Part shown: positions 36,124 through 39,191 of the stretch, piece after piece
Position numbering within the stretch: the stretch's first letter is position 1
Layout of the letters: every line of letters starts with the position of its first letter
Source: Candidatus Pacearchaeota archaeon
GTDB taxonomy: Archaea > Nanobdellota > Nanobdellia > Pacearchaeales > GW2011-AR1
DNA length: 39,191 nt
NCBI GenBank assembly: GCA_018303995.1
Contig: JAGVXB010000029.1
Coordinates: 1 to 39,191 of the forward strand
Direction of reading: 5' to 3'
Notes under the pieces: generated by a model
The model's input: only the letters and a program-made list of their open reading frames with translations
Told to the model about the DNA's origin: nothing
The model's database searches: none
Position numbers and translations under genes: made by a program

Positions 36124-37065
36124 TTAGACTGAATATCTTGTTGGTTGTATCATTGAAAGTGTATACCCTCTATCCTCGCTTGTAGTTAGAAGTTCTGTCC
36201 TAAAACCTGCATCAGATAACAATTTCGTAAATGTCCATTCAGTAAACTTAGCTGATCTCCCAAGCAGAATTAACTCATTTTTCTTTAATGTAAAAGACTC
36301 TGAACCGACTTTTACACCAACATCTTTCTTAAGTTTCAACTTAACTTCTATTCTATTTTCATTAGCATTCCAATTAACAACATTTTCAGAATTGCTATCA
36401 TTGAAGCCAATTTTATTTGGTATAAATTTTAGTAAATTTTGCACTATTTCTGCAGTGTAATGGGGAATAAGTTGTTCAGCTTTAACAAGATTAGTCATTT
36501 CCATTCCAATAATTAAATAGTCTTCAGAACTCATAGATTCCAATATGTTTGATAGTACTCTATTCATATCTGAAAAGTTTCCTAAAGTGCTTCCTAAGAA
36601 CAGCAGTAAGTTTGCAGTACTTTCTTTTCTTAAACCATAAATCTTGTCTGAGAATTGTCCAGAATCAAGATCTAACAAAACCTTATCTGAATTTACATTG
36701 AAATCCTTCTTTATCTTTTTCTCTGCTAGGTTTAACATTTCTTCAGAGATATCAACAGGCACATAATTAAACTTAATTTTTTTCTCATTGAGTTTTTCTA
36801 ATATTGGATAAGCTGGTGTTCCATCTCCACAACCAATATCAATAACGTTAAGCTGACCTACCCCTTCATATTTTCTGAGAAAATCTTCAGTTCTTGAACT
36901 TAATAGCTTTCTTTCTATCAAGTTTATTCCTCCTTTTTTTGCTCTTTCTTGAGCAATAGCTACCCAATTATAAGCTCCCTCTCCGAGATAGGCAAACTTT
37001 AAAGGAATCTCTCCCCTTCCTTTAATTGCGGTTAAAAGTTCAAACTCTTGTTTCTTCGTAAACAT
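36124..37065 (-). CDS. SAM-dependent methyltransferase, EgtD/EasF (Methyltransf_33) family
   Basis: IPLKFAY..G, IDIGCGDG, YVPVDISEEML, LFLGSTLGNF, LIIG, WN..RIEV, S.KF and AGF. Confidence 0.8.
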   Translation of the reverse strand: MFTKKQEFELLTAIKGRGEIPLKFAYLGEGAYNWVAIAQERAKKGGINLIERKLLSSRTEDFLRKYEGVGQLNVIDIGCGDGTPAYPILEKLNEKKIKFNYVPVDISEEMLNLAEKKIKKDFNVNSDKVLLDLDSGQFSDKIYGLRKESTANLLLFLGSTLGNFSDMNRVLSNILESMSSEDYLIIGMEMTNLVKAEQLIPHYTAEIVQNLLKFIPNKIGFNDSNSENVVNWNANENRIEVKLKLKKDVGVKVGSESFTLKKNELILLGRSAKFTEWTFTKLLSDAGFRTELLTTSEDRGYTLSMIQPTRYSV

Positions 37066-37217
37066 ATAAAAAGAGATGTATCGCTCTTTATTAACATTTC
37101 TTTACTGACATTTCAAGACTCACTGAACACTTAGTTAGTTTATCGATTAAATTTTCGAACAGGAAAATTTAAATACTCTGTTTAAAGTCTAACTTAAGAG
37201 GTATTTTCTATTTTATA

Positions 37218-37889
37218 ATGGATCAAGAAATTGCAAAGCACGTTCTAAAGACTGGAACGTTAACCATAGGCATAGTCTGCAAAGACGGCATAGTTGTAGC
37301 GGCAGACAGGCGTCAGTCCTACGGTGGTCAAGGTGGAGGCGTTTCATATTTAGCAGGCACAGCAAAAAAAATCTTAGAAGTCACTGATAGAATGGTTGCT
37401 ACAACTGCGGGAACAGCATCAGACACAAGAAAAGTTCTAGAAATTTTAAGAGCAGAATTTAAATTGAAAGAATTAAGAACAAAAGAAAAAATAACCGTTC
37501 CTGAAGCAGCAAGTTTCTTAGCAAACATGGTTTATGGGAACATCCGTACGCCTTCGATAATTCCAAGCATAACTCACTTTATTTTATCAGGATACGACGA
37601 AAAAGGATTGTACTTATATGATATTTCACCGGACGGATATATTCAACAACATGAAACATGTGTTGCGACTGGTAGCGGAATAATGCAAGCACACCCTATT
37701 TTAGACTTAGAATACGAAAAAAACATGAGCTTAGATAAGGGCATCGATTTAGCAACAAAGTGTATTCGTGCGGCAATGGCTCGCGAGCCATCAGTAGGGG
37801 CAGGAATTGACATCTACACAGTTAAGAAAGGTGAAATTAAGCAAGTTGTAGATAAAGAGGTAAGATCTTCTTTTGAAACAGCAAAGTAG
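37218..37889 (+). CDS. psmB: Proteasome subunit beta
   Basis: Propeptide junction KTG|TLTIGIV, AADRR, catalytic Lys in KKI, TGSG and proximity to aCPSF1. Confidence 0.95.
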   Translation: MDQEIAKHVLKTGTLTIGIVCKDGIVVAADRRQSYGGQGGGVSYLAGTAKKILEVTDRMVATTAGTASDTRKVLEILRAEFKLKELRTKEKITVPEAASFLANMVYGNIRTPSIIPSITHFILSGYDEKGLYLYDISPDGYIQQHETCVATGSGIMQAHPILDLEYEKNMSLDKGIDLATKCIRAAMAREPSVGAGIDIYTVKKGEIKQVVDKEVRSSFETAK

Positions 37890-37898
37890 AGTTCTATA

Positions 37899-39191
37899 AT
37901 GAGTGAAATATTGAAAACGATAAAAAGCGAATTGCCAAATGGAGTAGTTAGCGAAGCCATTTTTGAAGGGGCAAACATAGTTTTATACATTTCAGATAAA
38001 GAATTTTTCAAAAAAAGCGACGAAAAAGTTAGAGAAATAGTCCAAAAAGTAAAAAAAAGAATAGAACTTCGCGCCGATAGCAGTATTCTTGCCCCCGAAG
38101 ATGTAACTGAAAAAACAATTCGAGAGTTAGTCCCAGCAGAAGCGGAAATAGAAAGCATAATCTTTGACTTTCCTCGTAGCATCGTAGTCATAGAAGCAAA
38201 ACGCCCTGGAATAGTGATAGGCAAACAAGGTTCAATAATTAAAGACATCAGAGACTCAACAATGTGGACTGCTCAAACACAGAGAAGCCCTGCAATACAT
38301 TCTAAAATAACTGAAAAAATAAGGGCAGTTTTATATGCAAATAACAATTACAGAAAAAAATTCCTTAATGAAATAGGAAAGAAAATATATGAAAATTGGA
38401 ATCCTGAAAAGATGGATATGTGGGTCAGATTAACATATTTAGGCTCAGGAAGACAAGTAGGTCGTTCATGTTTATTGCTTCAAACTCCAAAATCGAAAAT
38501 AGTCTTTGATTGCGGAATAAACCCTGGAATAATAGAAGGTCCCGAAAAGTTTCCTTATCTAGATGTTTCAGAAATTGGAGACCTTGGTTCTATCGACGCT
38601 ATAGTATTATCGCATGCTCATCTTGACCACTGTCTTCCCCCTAATTATCCAGTTCTGACTGAAAATGGTTACAAAAAAATAGACGACATTCAAGTAGGTG
38701 AAAACGTAATCTCTTTAGATTGGCATACAGGCAAATATATTCCTTCAAAAGTTACAGAAAAAACCCAAACGACAGGTCATAAAAAAGTACTCTCTATCAA
38801 AACCCCTTATTCAAGAATAGAATCTTCTCCAAATCACAGGTTTTTCATTGTTGAAGATTTAAAAATAAAGGAAGTAGAAGCTTCAGAATTAAAGAAAGGC
38901 ACTCTTTTGCCATCAAACCTTCTGCATAAACCTTCAAGTGAATCTAATAAAGTTATTCTTGAAACAAATATAGATTATGATTCAAGGAGAAAAGATATTG
39001 TATCTCTTCCAAAAGAACTGACTCCCAAGTTAGCTGAATTTATTGGCTATTATATGGGCGATGGCCATAAATCTTCAGAGTTTTCATTGAGATTAACAGA
39101 TGCGCATATTCCAATATTAGAGCATCATAAAAAAGCAATCAAAGAATTATTTAATTTTGATGCAATAATCAGACATCATCCAGACAGAACA
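37899..39191 (+). CDS. fttA: aCPSF1/FttA KH-domain beta-CASP ribonuclease (transcription termination factor), intein-containing, truncated by window end
   Basis: Own translation, open to the window end: MSEILK..FEGANIVLY..KKRIELRAD..IEAKRPGIVIGKQG..WVRLTYLGSGRQVGRSC..FDCG..IDAIVLSHAHLDH. Absent from the ORF track because no stop falls in the window. Confidence 0.95.
   Translation, partial: MSEILKTIKSELPNGVVSEAIFEGANIVLYISDKEFFKKSDEKVREIVQKVKKRIELRADSSILAPEDVTEKTIRELVPAEAEIESIIFDFPRSIVVIEAKRPGIVIGKQGSIIKDIRDSTMWTAQTQRSPAIHSKITEKIRAVLYANNNYRKKFLNEIGKKIYENWNPEKMDMWVRLTYLGSGRQVGRSCLLLQTPKSKIVFDCGINPGIIEGPEKFPYLDVSEIGDLGSIDAIVLSHAHLDHCLPPNYPVLTENGYKKIDDIQVGENVISLDWHTGKYIPSKVTEKTQTTGHKKVLSIKTPYSRIESSPNHRFFIVEDLKIKEVEASELKKGTLLPSNLLHKPSSESNKVILETNIDYDSRRKDIVSLPKELTPKLAEFIGYYMGDGHKSSEFSLRLTDAHIPILEHHKKAIKELFNFDAIIRHHPDRT
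38631..39191 (+). mobile_element. Intein with LAGLIDADG homing endonuclease in aCPSF1 (N-terminal part)
   Basis: Block A CLPPNYPVLT..G.KKI.DI..GE.V; block B IESSPNHRF (His codon 38835); V.ASELKKG; block C LAEFIGYYMGDG (39030-39065). Confidence 0.93.

Noticed and set aside
37254-37270. PsmB TLT instead of TTT as a sign of inactivity
   Set aside because: The Gly-Thr1 cleavage site, Asp17, the catalytic Lys and the GSG motif are retained.
37814-38248. 144-aa minus-strand ORF
   Set aside because: Antisense shadow of psmB and aCPSF1.
1-39191. tRNA genes, CRISPR arrays, IS elements, provirus
   Set aside because: No cloverleaf/T-arm consensus, spaced direct repeats, transposase, integrase or capsid motifs seen by eye; tRNAscan-SE and Infernal were not run.

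Overview
AT-rich archaeal chromosome segment, most consistent with a DPANN archaeon of the Pacearchaeota/Woesearchaeota type. This rests on 16S primer-site substitutions, compact genes, and TATA boxes about 24 nt upstream of many start codons. The window holds the 5' third of a 16S rRNA gene with a hairpin-rich leader. It also holds a housekeeping backbone: pyrB, rps2, eno, rpoK, exosome rrp42/41/4, sdo1, psmA, Pop5, HtrA-like protease, RNase J, HemK2, mre11-rad50, psmB and aCPSF1/FttA. Many short orphan genes are scattered through this backbone. Main highlights: (1) aCPSF1/FttA, missed by the ORF track, carries a LAGLIDADG intein inserted directly after the HAHLDH metal-binding motif. (2) An island of about 11.8 kb splits the sdo1-rrp4 junction. 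It has a vapBC module with a perfect 20-bp operator and a nine-gene glycosylation cassette. The cassette is bracketed by two paralogous surface-protein genes with matching promoters, and the second paralog sits next to a probable vapC remnant. (3) RNase J is broken by an internal deletion plus frameshift. (4) A hairpin buries the rrp42 ribosome-binding site. (5) uS2 has an N-terminal extension of about 130 aa with 11-mer repeats. (6) A low-GC P-loop kinase/APH-kinase pair lies between eno and rps2. I recognised no tRNA, CRISPR array, transposase or integrase. All family assignments come from motif recognition by eye; no database search was run.
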